Shown here one piece after another: positions 18,850 to 30,569 of a stretch of DNA of 64,000 nucleotides. The position numbers were made by a program, and so were the translations under genes. This DNA is from a candidate division WOR-3 bacterium (GTDB lineage Bacteria > Hydrothermota > Hydrothermia > UBA1063 > CAJXJZ01): contig JALVYB010000098.1 in assembly GCA_027038175.1 (NCBI GenBank), forward strand, positions 7,606 through 71,605. Direction: 5' to 3'. The notes beneath the pieces are model-generated. The model did not search any database, was not told the origin of the DNA, and saw nothing but the letters and a program-made list of their open reading frames with translations. Position 1 is the stretch's first letter; the number at the start of each line of letters is the position of its first letter.

Positions 18850-19475
18850 TCAATTTTGACACCCTTTAGTAGTTCTTTTACAGATAAAACAGAGATTACA
18901 ATAGCAAGGTATAGAAATAGGCCAAGTATGAGATTGTAGGAAAGATGAGGTCTATACTTGTGTTGTGGAACATTGGGATAATCAATGATCTTTACAACGG
19001 GTTTTCTTGATGTGAGTTTTAGTTCTGTGTTAAGGGAATCAAGTTGAGTTAGCATGTACTCCACAATGTCTTTCGATAAAAAGGGTTTTGTAGAAATAAA
19101 TCCTACAACAATTGTGCCTCTATCAGGATCGTAGTCTACCATAAGGTTTTTAAAATATTTTTTAAGAACCTGCGCGTTGTTATTAGCCCTGTATAACTTC
19201 AAGAGATTAAATTTTTTTATAACCCTGTTTGCAAGCCTTCTACTCTGAAGAAGTGCAAGGATAGCCTGTGACGATATTGCCGCTTTGGAGAGTTCAGGAT
19301 TTTGAAGTTCCCCGTAGGGTGTATTCAATACTACCCCTGGGCTTTCTGATTCAGGAGCAAGTAGTGTGGAGGTTGAAAGGTATTCCTTTGGTAGAGAAAC
19401 AGTATAAATGGTGACTATAATTTCAAAAAGTATAAAACCCAGTACGATTATAGCAAGCGTTTTCTTCTTTATCAT
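18846..19475 (-). CDS. Wzz-like polysaccharide co-polymerase (no kinase domain)
   Basis: Two TM segments flanking a periplasmic loop; LPKEYLS, ILALLQSR, IDYPNVP..KYRP. Confidence 0.75.
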   Translation of the reverse strand: MIKKKTLAIIVLGFILFEIIVTIYTVSLPKEYLSTSTLLAPESESPGVVLNTPYGELQNPELSKAAISSQAILALLQSRRLANRVIKKFNLLKLYRANNNAQVLKKYFKNLMVDYDPDRGTIVVGFISTKPFLSKDIVEYMLTQLDSLNTELKLTSRKPVVKIIDYPNVPQHKYRPHLSYNLILGLFLYLAIVISVLSVKELLKGVKIE

Positions 19476-21571
19476 TTCTTAATCTGATATATAATAAACA
19501 GCGTCGTTACAATCTGGTATACAATACCTGATATGTAAGACAGATTTTTGAGAGTTGGGGTAGGTTTCTCAGTCTTAAACGGTATATAAACTATGTCTCC
19601 CGGGTAAAGCCTGCCTTTATGGATTTTCCCGTTTACTCCTATGGCAAATGCATGTTTTTTATCTGCCATGCGGAGAAGAGGTTCTCTATGTAGGATATCG
19701 ATTAGTTTTAATCCGTGAGTGTATGGGACGTAATGAGGTTGTACTGTAGCGCCTGCGACATACACAAAAGAGGTGTTTTGGGGGATGAAAATAGAATCAC
19801 CATTTTGAAGTTGTGTATTGTAGGTGGCAGGTAAAACGTGCAAAATTCGTTGCTTGAGCAGTGAGAAAAGACTATCCGGCATGTATCTCGCGGATGAATC
19901 GAGTATGTACAGGTTAAACTCGGAAAGTCTTTCGTACGTAGTTTGTCTGTCTGTTTTTCTCTTTATGTACATACCATCAGTATAAGCGTTTTGAGTGGCA
20001 CCTCCAGATAAATTCAGGATATAATTTACAGAGCTTCCTTTGGGTATGGTGTACATGCCTGGGAATCTCACCTCACCACCAACATATACGCGGATATACG
20101 AGGTTTTAAAGGTGTCTGGAGGAACGAAAACAATATCTCCAGGTTCTAAAAATATAGAATCAAGGAGATCTTCCCTTATCACTTTTGATTTTTTCTCACG
20201 TTTCTTGAAAACAATTACATGATTCAAAGAGGCATCTGGTCTGGGTTTCGCAAGAAGAATAAGGCTTTTTAAAGAGAGTTTATCATGCCATTTGAAGATA
20301 CCGGGATGTTCAACGTAGCCATTTATACTTACCGGCTCTTTCTGTGTAAGAATGTCTTCTCTAAATAGAAAAATGGAATCACGGTCCTGCAACCTGAAAG
20401 TATCCATGTCCTTCAAGGTAACCTCAATGCTGGTTGTATGGAGCGCTTTTTGTCGAACTATCAAAATCTCATTGTAAGGAGAATATAAGAATCCTCCTGC
20501 TCTTTGAATGGCCTCTTTTAAAATGAGCCCCGGTTTGAATGTATAATATCCAGGTTTTTTTATGTTCCCCTCTACATAAATGTAGCCACTTTTAATATAG
20601 CGTGATATGGGAATGGTTATGTAATCACCGTTTTTTAGTTTAAAAGAATGCCATCTGTCACGTGGCACATCAAATATGTGGATGCTGTCACCTTCCAACC
20701 TTTTTATAATTGCCCTTTTCTGATTGAAGGGCATTATGCCAGACCATTTCGTAAGTTCTCTAAGTGTCGTTGTGGGTTTTATTTCATATATTCCGGGCTT
20801 GTAAAGGCTTCCCTCTATTGCGATTACATTTTTTATTGGAGGAATGACCACCACATCGCCATCCATCAATTCTGCGTTTTCTGGTGTACCCCCGAAAATA
20901 AAAGGGTATAGATCAATGAGGACTTTGCTGCCGTTTTGGTGTATAATTTCAATATTGCGTAAGGTTCCGGTTTTCAAAACTCCTCTTGCAAGGAAAAGCA
21001 AATCCAGTACAGTGCTTTTTGATTTGAGAATATAAGCCCCGGGGTTGGGTGTTTCCCCTGTTAGGAATACCTTTATACCACGAATTCTTCCCGGAGATAT
21101 AAATATTTTTACGTTGCTCCACTTTTCACTTGCAACTTTGTTTAGAAACTTCTCCGCTTTATCAATGCTCATCCCGGAGATTTTTACAGGACCCAAACCA
21201 GGAATAAATATTGTTCCACGTTTGTCGATTACAGAGGTAAATGTATTTTCAATACTCCCTGAAATGTAAACGGTTATTTCATCACCAGGTCCCAGTGTGT
21301 AGGCAGGGGAGAGATTCTGCGAGTTTATATATCTCCCTCCATAGACTCTAAAATGCCTGTAGCCAACCTGTTTTAATTCCTTTTTGCCTGTTATTTTCAT
21401 AAAGAGTGATTCTATTGGGGAAAGGAGTGTGTCGTAATAGTTTACTTGTGGAACAGGCTGAATGGATGGAGTATTCTGCACAGGCGATTGAGTGTCTTTA
21501 AGTGCGCCTTTAGGTAGTATCAGGTTCTGTGCTGATAGGTATGCAACAAAGAGAAGCGTAAACTTAAACAT
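19472..21571 (-). CDS. Polysaccharide export protein with multiple SLBB domains (Wza/KpsD-like)
   Basis: YTLGPGDEI poly_export motif and repeated G.V..PG.Y SLBB units. Confidence 0.88.
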   Translation of the reverse strand: MFKFTLLFVAYLSAQNLILPKGALKDTQSPVQNTPSIQPVPQVNYYDTLLSPIESLFMKITGKKELKQVGYRHFRVYGGRYINSQNLSPAYTLGPGDEITVYISGSIENTFTSVIDKRGTIFIPGLGPVKISGMSIDKAEKFLNKVASEKWSNVKIFISPGRIRGIKVFLTGETPNPGAYILKSKSTVLDLLFLARGVLKTGTLRNIEIIHQNGSKVLIDLYPFIFGGTPENAELMDGDVVVIPPIKNVIAIEGSLYKPGIYEIKPTTTLRELTKWSGIMPFNQKRAIIKRLEGDSIHIFDVPRDRWHSFKLKNGDYITIPISRYIKSGYIYVEGNIKKPGYYTFKPGLILKEAIQRAGGFLYSPYNEILIVRQKALHTTSIEVTLKDMDTFRLQDRDSIFLFREDILTQKEPVSINGYVEHPGIFKWHDKLSLKSLILLAKPRPDASLNHVIVFKKREKKSKVIREDLLDSIFLEPGDIVFVPPDTFKTSYIRVYVGGEVRFPGMYTIPKGSSVNYILNLSGGATQNAYTDGMYIKRKTDRQTTYERLSEFNLYILDSSARYMPDSLFSLLKQRILHVLPATYNTQLQNGDSIFIPQNTSFVYVAGATVQPHYVPYTHGLKLIDILHREPLLRMADKKHAFAIGVNGKIHKGRLYPGDIVYIPFKTEKPTPTLKNLSYISGIVYQIVTTLFIIYQIKK

Positions 21572-22878
21572 TACAGGGTTACAATTTTGTGCTGATTATC
21601 CTGTATTCCACTATTTCTGAAGGCGTTTCTGGTATCGAAGATGTACGGTGCTTTTTCATAAATTTCCCTATAATCAAATGAAGAGTGATCCGTGCCAAGA
21701 ACAACCAAGTTGTAGTCCTCGTACTTTGGGTCTTTAATTGATTCCATGAGTTTCCCGCTAATCTCAACCCATGGCACGTGTGGGTCGTAATACTCTACAT
21801 TGGCACCTTTTTGTTCAAGAAGGTCTATTATATCAAGAATAGGCGATTCTCTCACGTCATCTATATCCCTCTTGTATGCAATGCCAAGAACAAGTATACG
21901 GGAACCTTTTATACTGCGCTCTTTTTCGTTGAGGGCATCCTGTATTCTGCCAACCACGTATCTTGGCATGTTTGAATTTATATCTGTTGCGGTTTCTATA
22001 AATCTTGCTGTGTAGTTAAATGTTTTAAGTTTCCATGAAAGGTAAATGGGGTCTATAGGTATGCAGTGGCCACCTATACCGGGTCCGGGATAGAATTTCA
22101 TAAAACCAAATGGCTTGGTGCCTGCTGCCTCTATCACTTCCCAAACGTCTATACCCAGTATATTACACATTATAGCCATCTCATTGGCAAGACCTATATT
22201 GATGCTTCTGAATGTATTCTCAAGTAGTTTGGCTGCTTCAGCCACACGTGATGATGAAACAGGAACCACATTTAAAAGTGCAAGAGAATAGAGTGCAGAT
22301 ACAACCTCTGTGGAGTTAGGCTCCACTCCACCAACGAGTTTAGGTGTATTTTTAACAGTGTATTTTGTATTCCCGGGGTCTATTCTTTCAGGAGAGAAAG
22401 CGAGGAAAAAGTCCTTTCCCACAACGAGACCTGTTTCTTCGAGAAGGGGCAAAATAATTTCGTCAGTTGTCCCCGGGTATGTTGTGCTCTCAAAGGATAT
22501 TATGTGTCCCTTCTTAAGGTTCTTCTTTACGTCGTGGGCGGCCTTTATAACGTAACTTAAATCAGGATCCTTCGTTTTTGATAGGGGAGTGGGAACGGCT
22601 ATAATTATTCCATCAACTTCTGATAATACGGAGCTCTCAGATGTTGCAGTGATAAGGCCCTTTTCAACAAGAGGTGCAAGTTCCTCTGAACTTACGTCTT
22701 TAACATAAGATATACCTTTATTTATCTTTTCGGTTTTCTTCTCATCAACATCATATCCATGTACCTTAACGCCAGCTTTTGCAAATTCTATGGCAAGTGG
22801 AAGTCCAACGTATCCAAGGCCAACTACCGCAATTTTAATATCTCTTTTCTCGATTTTTTTAAGAATCTCTTCTTTCAT
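21571..22878 (-). CDS. UDP-N-acetylhexosamine 6-dehydrogenase (WbpA/WecC-like)
   Basis: [54 protein letters not shown]. Confidence 0.93.
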   Translation of the reverse strand: MKEEILKKIEKRDIKIAVVGLGYVGLPLAIEFAKAGVKVHGYDVDEKKTEKINKGISYVKDVSSEELAPLVEKGLITATSESSVLSEVDGIIIAVPTPLSKTKDPDLSYVIKAAHDVKKNLKKGHIISFESTTYPGTTDEIILPLLEETGLVVGKDFFLAFSPERIDPGNTKYTVKNTPKLVGGVEPNSTEVVSALYSLALLNVVPVSSSRVAEAAKLLENTFRSINIGLANEMAIMCNILGIDVWEVIEAAGTKPFGFMKFYPGPGIGGHCIPIDPIYLSWKLKTFNYTARFIETATDINSNMPRYVVGRIQDALNEKERSIKGSRILVLGIAYKRDIDDVRESPILDIIDLLEQKGANVEYYDPHVPWVEISGKLMESIKDPKYEDYNLVVLGTDHSSFDYREIYEKAPYIFDTRNAFRNSGIQDNQHKIVTL

Positions 22879-24352
22879 TTTTATCCTCTATCTCTTCATA
22901 CTTTACTTTTAGATTTTTCACAGCATACACATCGTCAAGCCTTTTTACCGGAGTGTTGTGAGGGGCAGTTTTAACTATTTCGGGGGTATGTTCTGCCTCC
23001 TTGAGGATTTTTTTCATAACCTCTGCGAAGTATTCAAGGGTTTCCACTGATTCTGTTTCCGTGGGCTCTATCATAAGTGCCTCTGATACTATAAGCGGGA
23101 AGTAAACAGTTGGGGCATGGACTCCATAGTCAAGTAGCCTTTTTGCTATATCCAGAGTCCTTATACCATATTTCTTCTTAATTGGTGCACCTGTTGCAAC
23201 AAATTCGTGCATTGGAATTGAATCATAGGGGATTTCATATCCTGCCACTTTGAGCAGTTGTTTGAGATAGTTTGCATTTAAAACGGCATTTTCTGATATT
23301 GACTTCAGGTGCTCTTTCCCTATCATTCTAATATAGGTATAAGCCCGCACCATGACCGCAAAATGGCCGAAGAAAGCAAGAAGTTTTCCTATAGATTTGT
23401 CACCCGTTTCTTTACGTTGATACCCGGAGTCGTTCTTTATAACCTGCACTCCAGGCAGGAAATCTTTTAAAAAGGCTTTCACTCCCACAGGTCCACTGCC
23501 TGGGCCTCCTCCACCGTGGGGTGTTGAAAATGTTTTGTGAAGGTTGAAATGTATAACGTCAAACCCTATATCACCCGGGCGGATATATCCGAGGAGGGCG
23601 TTGAGATTGGCTCCGTCCATGTACATAAGTCCACCTGCTTTATGCACGAGTTCTGCAATTTCCTTTATCTCTCTTTCGAATATTCCCAGTGTGTTGGGAT
23701 TGGTCACCATGAGCCCTGCTACCTCATCGTTCAGGTTTTTTCTGAGTTCTTCAATGTCAATCATTCCGAGTTTGTTGGATTTTATAGTTTTTGCCGTATA
23801 GCCAGCAAGTGTTGTTGAGGCAGGATTGGTGCCATGGGCAGAGTCAGGTACAAGAATGTACTTCCTCTTTTCTCCTTTTGACTCAAGGTATTTTTTTATT
23901 ATCTTTATTCCAGTTAATTCTCCATGTGCTCCTGCCGCAGGTTCAAGGGTTATAGCATCCATTCCGCTTATCTCAGCAAGGTATTCTGAGAGTTCATACA
24001 TTATTCTAAGTGCGCCCTGAACTGTATAGTCAGGTTGAAGAGGGTGAATATTACGGAAACCCGAAAATGCGGATACGGTTTCATTTATTTTGGGATTATA
24101 TTTCATGGTGCATGATCCCAGCGGGTAGAAACCGAGGTCTACATTGTAGTTCATGTTTGATAGTCTGATAAAATGTCGTATGATATCAACCTCAGAGAGT
24201 TCTGGTAGGTTAGGGAAGTCTTCGGATGTATATTCCCTTATATCGTCTTTATATTTTTCAAACAGCGTTTTGATGTCGTCCTTTTGTGGAAGGTTAAATG
24301 CTTTTTTACCCTTTTTTGAGCGTTTGAAAATAATATCTTCCTTAATTACCAT
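22859..24352 (-). CDS. gcvPB: Glycine dehydrogenase (decarboxylating) subunit 2
   Basis: [37 protein letters not shown] (PLP lysine). Confidence 0.97.
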   Translation of the reverse strand: MVIKEDIIFKRSKKGKKAFNLPQKDDIKTLFEKYKDDIREYTSEDFPNLPELSEVDIIRHFIRLSNMNYNVDLGFYPLGSCTMKYNPKINETVSAFSGFRNIHPLQPDYTVQGALRIMYELSEYLAEISGMDAITLEPAAGAHGELTGIKIIKKYLESKGEKRKYILVPDSAHGTNPASTTLAGYTAKTIKSNKLGMIDIEELRKNLNDEVAGLMVTNPNTLGIFEREIKEIAELVHKAGGLMYMDGANLNALLGYIRPGDIGFDVIHFNLHKTFSTPHGGGGPGSGPVGVKAFLKDFLPGVQVIKNDSGYQRKETGDKSIGKLLAFFGHFAVMVRAYTYIRMIGKEHLKSISENAVLNANYLKQLLKVAGYEIPYDSIPMHEFVATGAPIKKKYGIRTLDIAKRLLDYGVHAPTVYFPLIVSEALMIEPTETESVETLEYFAEVMKKILKEAEHTPEIVKTAPHNTPVKRLDDVYAVKNLKVKYEEIEDKNERRDS

Positions 24353-24366
24353 AAATGCCTCCTTAA

Positions 24367-25194
24367 TCAGCCTTTAAGACCACTTTTTGCATAACTTGCG
24401 ACGATTTGTTTTTGAGCCAGGAAGAAGAGAATTACAAGAGGCAGTATCGCTATAAACGATGCTGCCATTAGTGCTGGATAATTTGTACTTTCTCCCTGGG
24501 AGAAGTAGGCAAGTCCTACCTGTATTGGACGCATATTATTGCTGTTTACAACCATTAATGGCCACATAAATGCGTTCCATGATCCTATTATGTTAAAAAT
24601 GGATATGGTAACTACTGCAGGTTTGATAAGTGGCAGGATAATGCGGAACAAAAAGCACAATCTGCCACATCCATCAATAACCGCGGCCTCATATAGGTCT
24701 TTAGGTATTCCGCGCATGTGTTGACGCAGGAGGAAGATAGCAAAAATGTTTACTGACCATGGGATGATAAGTGCGTAATAGGTGTCAATCCATCCAAGAT
24801 ACTGAACGAGAATAAAAAGCGGAATAACATAAACAGGAACAGGTACCATCATGAGGGCAAGTAGTGACATAAAAATGGTTTCACGCCCTTTAAATTTAAA
24901 CCATGAAAAGGCATACGCTGCAAGGAGTGCTGTAAGGACAACACCTATCAGAGTAAATGTTGCAACAATAAAGGACACGTATATGTAACGCGGGAATGCA
25001 ATTTTTGTCCAGACCATTTTGTACGCATCAAGTGTAAATACCTTTGGTATCCATGTGGGAGGAATCTGAATTGCTTCTCTTTGAGTCTTGAATGAGGTGG
25101 ATATCATCCAGAGGAATGGAAGAAGTGAGAAAAGAGCGCCTGCAGTGACAATGGTATATATAACGATTTTCCCTATTATTTTCTTAAACCTCAT
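24367..25194 (-). CDS. Carbohydrate ABC transporter permease (MalG-like)
   Basis: EAA motif [13 protein letters not shown]; start probably MRFKK at 25194. Confidence 0.92.
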   Translation of the reverse strand: MRFKKIIGKIVIYTIVTAGALFSLLPFLWMISTSFKTQREAIQIPPTWIPKVFTLDAYKMVWTKIAFPRYIYVSFIVATFTLIGVVLTALLAAYAFSWFKFKGRETIFMSLLALMMVPVPVYVIPLFILVQYLGWIDTYYALIIPWSVNIFAIFLLRQHMRGIPKDLYEAAVIDGCGRLCFLFRIILPLIKPAVVTISIFNIIGSWNAFMWPLMVVNSNNMRPIQVGLAYFSQGESTNYPALMAASFIAILPLVILFFLAQKQIVASYAKSGLKG

Positions 25195-26125
25195 AATACA
25201 CCCTCTTTTCAAGAACGGTTTTCTGGAAAATTGTAATAGCAAGTACAAACAGGAAGAACGCAAATGCTATTGCTGTTCCATATCCCACCTGATACTCTTC
25301 ATAACCTTTTTGATAAAGATAGTATATGACCACCGATGTTCTGCCGAGTGGACCGCCCGGGGGAGGACCTGTCATAAGCCATATGGGAGCAAATATCTGT
25401 AGTGATGCAATGGTAGTCATGATAGCCACGTAAAAAGTAGTGGGGGATAGAAGTGGAAGAGTCACGTTTTTTATGGTTTGCCATGGTCCTGCACCGTCGA
25501 TTTTGGCTGCCTCATAATACACATCTGGAATATTTTTCAGACCCGCAAGAAAGATTACTATGTTGTAACCCATTGATTTCCAAACACTCATAAAGGCTAT
25601 TGAAACCAGTGCAAGGGAAGGACCTTTTAAAAGATAAGGAAGTTCTTTCCCCACCATGAGTTCAATAATGCCCCTTGGTTCTTCGAGCCATTTTAAAGGT
25701 GAAAGCCCCAATGTGGTCAAAAAGTAATTAAAAACACCACGTTGAGGGTCATATAACCATTTCCACACGATAGAGACAGCCACCATTGATGTGATAACAG
25801 GTAAAAAGTATATGGTTCTATAAAGTCCAAGCGCTTTGAGACCTTTATTCAGCAGGGCGGCTATGAACAGTGAAACGATGAGACTAAGAGGTACCGCAAT
25901 AATCGCATAGTTGATTGTGTTCCAGAAAGATTGCCAGAAGAAGGGGTCCTGAAGAAGCCATTTGTAATTGGATAGTCCTATAAAGCCCTTTGAACCACCT
26001 ATTCCCCAGTCCTGAAAACTCAGTAAAAACGCATAGGCTATGGGGAAGAATCTGAATACAAGGAGAAGAACAAGGGCTGGACTCAGAAGAGCCAGAGGCC
26101 ACAAATAATTCTTTATTCCTTTCAT
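25184..26125 (-). CDS. Carbohydrate ABC transporter permease (MalF/UgpA-like)
   Basis: FIGLSNY, IPDVYYEAAKIDGA, GGPLGRT. Confidence 0.93.
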   Translation of the reverse strand: MKGIKNYLWPLALLSPALVLLLVFRFFPIAYAFLLSFQDWGIGGSKGFIGLSNYKWLLQDPFFWQSFWNTINYAIIAVPLSLIVSLFIAALLNKGLKALGLYRTIYFLPVITSMVAVSIVWKWLYDPQRGVFNYFLTTLGLSPLKWLEEPRGIIELMVGKELPYLLKGPSLALVSIAFMSVWKSMGYNIVIFLAGLKNIPDVYYEAAKIDGAGPWQTIKNVTLPLLSPTTFYVAIMTTIASLQIFAPIWLMTGPPPGGPLGRTSVVIYYLYQKGYEEYQVGYGTAIAFAFFLFVLAITIFQKTVLEKRVYYEV

Positions 26126-26167
26126 GTCCTTTATTTTAATTTAAACTTGTAGGTTGGTAAAGTAACC

Positions 26168-28792
26168 TCACCTGATTTTAATCATTTTTCTTTCAGCCAA
26201 CTTATTCCCATTTTTGTCCTTTACGATTATGAAGTATACGCCCTTTCTCAGTTTGGATACCGATATATGCATGTTGTCTTTCCTATCGGTATTATATTCA
26301 TTTAAGAGTTCTCTTCCGGATATATCAAATATCTGTATTTCTCCAACATTTCGGGTACCTCTCACCATGAGGACGTTTCCAGAAAGCAATGTGGGAAGAT
26401 TCAGGGTTTGGAAGGAATTTTTTGCGTGTTCTTTTATCCGGGTGATGTCAAAGTTTATACCTGTAACTGTTGAACTACCCACAGAGACCATCTGAGCATT
26501 TGAGGGTATGTTATATGGAACCCTCTCAACGTCTATTGGTGAGTAAACCTGGTTGTACCATAGTCCATATGGCCAGAGGTATAGATAATAGTTCCCGGGC
26601 AATAATCCGCCTACATGGTAGTTTGATGTATCCGATGTGTAAAATACTGACACGGGATAACCCTCAGTGTTTACAACAATTACCTCGTAATATGAGTTCG
26701 TTACAGGGAGTGTATCATTCATTACACTTCCCTCAATAGCACCCCCAACTTTAGTGGTATTGAAGTCCTTTATTACCACTGTGTCTGCTATTATTGTAAC
26801 AGAACTTGCATTCTGGTGGGATGAAGCGTTTTCATAGAATTCAAAATGGTATGGATTATATACAAGTGGAGGAATAGAGGTGGTATCGTAATAAGATACA
26901 GTAAGAAGCATCATTCTATAATCTCCGGGTGTTAAATTATAGGAAGAGTATGTGCCGAAATCGGTTATATCCATATCTTCCAGTTTCCCGGTGCTTACAT
27001 CTTCAAGAAGGATGGCAAATGGATAAGCGTTTGTTGAAATATTATTCCCGCTTATAGAATCTTTTATGCTACCCGCAACTTTTCCACCCTTTGAGAGTGT
27101 GACAGTTAAGAAAATACTGTCATCCTGTTGTAGAGTTATTACTGTAGCATTGTCCCATGAACTCTGATGGTTATACCATTCTGGCATATAGAAGAAATAG
27201 AGAGAATCTCCTCCTTCAGGCTGTATATATAATTTATAATCGCCTGCTGGCAGGTTATGTATGCAAAATATTCCTGTATCAGCATAGGCAGATGTGACGT
27301 ATTCGTTGGTATATGCATAGTAGAGGTCAACAGATCCCGCTCTTGGATTGCCACTATCATCCTGTATTACTCCAGATATAATCCCCGTCCATCCATAGAA
27401 GTCGAAGTTTATGCCGTATGTTGTATCAGGTGCTGTAACATCTATTGTGTCTGCATTGTCGTAGTTTGTGGCATCTTTATACCACTGACCTGTGCCTATA
27501 TCAGTAGGATAGAGATAGGCTTTGTAAGCACCTGTAGGGAGGTCCGTCCCTGTTGAGAATTTTCCATCATACAATGTACTTCCGAACATACTGTACACGA
27601 GGTCACCTGTATTACAATCGTAAACATCAAGATAGAAGGCGCCACCGTACCCATAGCCGTCCAGCCCTGTAATTGTGCCTGCAATAGCACCACCCCTGTG
27701 GAAATTAAAGTCAATATTGAAAGTGGTATCAGGTGATGTAACAGACACAGGGTCTGCGCTGGCAAAGTCGGTTTTGTCGTTGTAGTATTGGGGCATGTAA
27801 TTATCAGGGTCAATGAGTATCTTGTAAGTACCTGTTGGCAGGTTCGAGAAAGTATAAACGCCCGTGGTGGTATCGTATTCAAATGTTGAGAAAAGATATG
27901 CTCCTGTGTTGGCATCCATTATGGTGGCATATGGATAAGGGTCTTTTATCGTATCCCCTGTATCACTGAGCAGCATACCGGTTATAACTCCAGTTCCACT
28001 CTGAGGACCAGATGAAGTAGGTGGTAAGTTGACGTCCATACCAGTGATGGTATCGCTCCATCCAGTTAGTGTGACCACCTGTGCATAAAACCAGTTGTAT
28101 GTATCTCCGTAGTAAGTCTGTCTGTAATTACTCAGATAGTATCTTATTTTAAATACCCCTGAATTTACGCCCTCTATGGTATAGTTTCCGGCAGAGTCAG
28201 TTGATAGGGGTTTCCATATTGCTGTTTTTAGAACAGTATCAATTAATGTGACTGAACCATAAGCGTTGGAAATAGGCGATGCTGTGGAATCATTGTAAAG
28301 CCTTCCCTTTATAACATTACCAGGAGGTGTTATTATATTTATACTGTCTGTGTCTGAAGTTAGCCATACGATATCAGCACTATCTATTCTACCTGTCCCC
28401 CCCAGCGAATTGTAATACATTGTAGGATACATGTCTCCTTTTGCCTGTATAATATAGGCACCCATGGGAAGAGTGTCCATATACTCACCGTTTATGTCAG
28501 GATAAATATAGTTCACCAGATCACCTGTGTAGGCATTAAATATATAGACATAGTATCCTGCTATTATTGGATTGTGGCCCTGATCGTAGACTTTGCCCTC
28601 GATGGTATAATAAGGAATGTTTTTAGTGTCTATATGCTTTATCAGGCTATTTATTTTATCCGTTTCCCTGTTTATCCTATATTGGTCTATTTTCGATGAA
28701 ATTGTCTGTATTTTGTATTTTACTTTTTCAGTTAGCCTGAATTTATAACTATTTGGTGACAGCATTACCAGCAACATAATAATATTTAGCAT
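26168..28792 (-). CDS. Large secreted beta-sandwich repeat protein (carboxypeptidase-regulatory/Cna-B-like) with T9SS type A-like CTD
   Basis: About seven ~105-aa units (G.I.G...G.Y...LP.G.YK...WY...A..V...DT..GI.F); CTD IFDISGREL...LRKGVYFI. Confidence 0.75.
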   Translation of the reverse strand: MLNIIMLLVMLSPNSYKFRLTEKVKYKIQTISSKIDQYRINRETDKINSLIKHIDTKNIPYYTIEGKVYDQGHNPIIAGYYVYIFNAYTGDLVNYIYPDINGEYMDTLPMGAYIIQAKGDMYPTMYYNSLGGTGRIDSADIVWLTSDTDSINIITPPGNVIKGRLYNDSTASPISNAYGSVTLIDTVLKTAIWKPLSTDSAGNYTIEGVNSGVFKIRYYLSNYRQTYYGDTYNWFYAQVVTLTGWSDTITGMDVNLPPTSSGPQSGTGVITGMLLSDTGDTIKDPYPYATIMDANTGAYLFSTFEYDTTTGVYTFSNLPTGTYKILIDPDNYMPQYYNDKTDFASADPVSVTSPDTTFNIDFNFHRGGAIAGTITGLDGYGYGGAFYLDVYDCNTGDLVYSMFGSTLYDGKFSTGTDLPTGAYKAYLYPTDIGTGQWYKDATNYDNADTIDVTAPDTTYGINFDFYGWTGIISGVIQDDSGNPRAGSVDLYYAYTNEYVTSAYADTGIFCIHNLPAGDYKLYIQPEGGDSLYFFYMPEWYNHQSSWDNATVITLQQDDSIFLTVTLSKGGKVAGSIKDSISGNNISTNAYPFAILLEDVSTGKLEDMDITDFGTYSSYNLTPGDYRMMLLTVSYYDTTSIPPLVYNPYHFEFYENASSHQNASSVTIIADTVVIKDFNTTKVGGAIEGSVMNDTLPVTNSYYEVIVVNTEGYPVSVFYTSDTSNYHVGGLLPGNYYLYLWPYGLWYNQVYSPIDVERVPYNIPSNAQMVSVGSSTVTGINFDITRIKEHAKNSFQTLNLPTLLSGNVLMVRGTRNVGEIQIFDISGRELLNEYNTDRKDNMHISVSKLRKGVYFIIVKDKNGNKLAERKMIKIR

Positions 28793-28795
28793 AAT

Positions 28796-30517
28796 TCACC
28801 TCCTGTTTCCCAGTACTTTTAAAAGTTTTTTAAGTCCCAATGTGTTTAAAACGTTGTCTTTTTCAAGCCATCCCCTTCTTGCCACATAGACGCCCAGTTC
28901 AATCATCCACATCTGGCCTATTTGATGGGCGTCAGTGCCTATTGTTAAAGGCACTCCAATTTCTTTTGCTCTCTTACTCCATGTATCGTTAAGGTCAAGC
29001 CGTTCATAATTTGCATTTATCTCAAGGTATTTACCTTCCTCCTTTGCAACGTATAAGACCTTTTCAAGATTAACATTATAGGGTTCTCTTTTCCCTATTA
29101 ACCTGCCTGTGGGATGGGCAATAGAGTGTACGTATGGATTTTTAAGTGCTTTAATAATTCTTTCTGTAACATCCTCGTATTTGGACCATACATGTACAGC
29201 AGCAACAACGAAATCAAGTTCTTTTAATATTTCATTCGGGTAATCAAGGGTTCCATCCTGAAGTATGTCAACCTCTGCACCTTTCAAAAGAATCTGTTTG
29301 CCATATTTTTCATTAATTCTCTCTATTTCTCTGTTTTTCTCCCTGAGTTTTTCTATACTCAGTCCTCCGGCGTATTTTGCACTCTGTGAATGGTCACATA
29401 CTGCAACATATTCGTAACCCATTTCAATTGCCTTCTCTGCTATTTCCTCTAAAGAGGCTGTTCCATCGGAATATTTTGAATGTACATGCAGGTCTCCTTT
29501 TATATCTTTCATCTCTATAAGTACGGGCAATTTATGCTCCATTGCTGCTTCAATTTCTCCTCTATCTTCCCTGAGTTCAGGTGGGATGAAATCAAGTCCT
29601 AAAATTCCATAAATCTCTTCCTCTTTTTCACCTGCCACCTTTACATTGTCTTTAAATACCCCATATTCCGATATTTTGAACCCTTTTTGTTTTGCAAAGG
29701 TTCTGAGGTGAACATTGTGTTGTTTTGACCCTGTGAAATACTGGAGCGCTGCGCCAAATGACTCACTTGGTACCACCCTAAGGTCAACCTGTATTCTGTC
29801 ATTGAAAATACATGAACCTTTTGTGTCTCCATGGGCGAGTACTCTTGTGACGTCCGGATGATTGACAAATCTATCAATGATTTTTCTGCCATGAGTGCTT
29901 ATACAGAGAATATCAATATCTCCCACTGTTTCTTTCCTTCGTCTGTAGGAGCCACAAACCTCAATATCCTCAACATATTCTGATTCAGACAGCCATTTTT
30001 TCAGGTTCTCTACAAAGGGGTAAATCTCCCCCAGGGGTATCCTGTCCTGCATTTTGAAGTACAATTCAATTGATTTTTTTATGTTTTCAACTTTTTTAGG
30101 CCCCATTCCTCGAAGTTTGGCGAGTTCTCCATTTTCAATAACCTTCTTCAGGTCTTCAAGGTTTTTCACGCCTAATTCATCGTACGCGTGTTTTATAGTT
30201 TTTGGGCCAATACCCGGAATCTGGAGTAACTCAAGTATACCATCAGGTACCTGCGATTTTACCTCTTCGTACTTCTTAAATGTACCTGTTTTAAGGTACT
30301 CTTCTATTTTTACTGCTATTTTTTCTCCAACACCTGGAAGTGATTTTAGCCCGTCAACTCCGTGTTCTTTATAAAATTCCTGTATGTCTTCCGGGAAGTT
30401 TTCAAGAAAGCGTGCGACTTTTCTATACGCTCGAATCTTAAAAGCATTTTCTCCAAGAAATTCCAGGGCATCTGCAAGCGTATCAAACATACGTGCAAGC
30501 TTTTTGTTGTGGTTCAT
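28796..30517 (-). CDS. polX: DNA polymerase X / PHP 3'-5' exonuclease
   Basis: HhH motifs, GSYRRRKETVGDIDIL, YFTGSKQHN, PHP motifs DLHVHS and GTDAH. Confidence 0.96.
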   Translation of the reverse strand: MNHNKKLARMFDTLADALEFLGENAFKIRAYRKVARFLENFPEDIQEFYKEHGVDGLKSLPGVGEKIAVKIEEYLKTGTFKKYEEVKSQVPDGILELLQIPGIGPKTIKHAYDELGVKNLEDLKKVIENGELAKLRGMGPKKVENIKKSIELYFKMQDRIPLGEIYPFVENLKKWLSESEYVEDIEVCGSYRRRKETVGDIDILCISTHGRKIIDRFVNHPDVTRVLAHGDTKGSCIFNDRIQVDLRVVPSESFGAALQYFTGSKQHNVHLRTFAKQKGFKISEYGVFKDNVKVAGEKEEEIYGILGLDFIPPELREDRGEIEAAMEHKLPVLIEMKDIKGDLHVHSKYSDGTASLEEIAEKAIEMGYEYVAVCDHSQSAKYAGGLSIEKLREKNREIERINEKYGKQILLKGAEVDILQDGTLDYPNEILKELDFVVAAVHVWSKYEDVTERIIKALKNPYVHSIAHPTGRLIGKREPYNVNLEKVLYVAKEEGKYLEINANYERLDLNDTWSKRAKEIGVPLTIGTDAHQIGQMWMIELGVYVARRGWLEKDNVLNTLGLKKLLKVLGNRR

Positions 30518-30569
30518 TGTAATTATATGTTATTTCAACTTTTATGTATGGTCAAACTGCTCTGTATCT

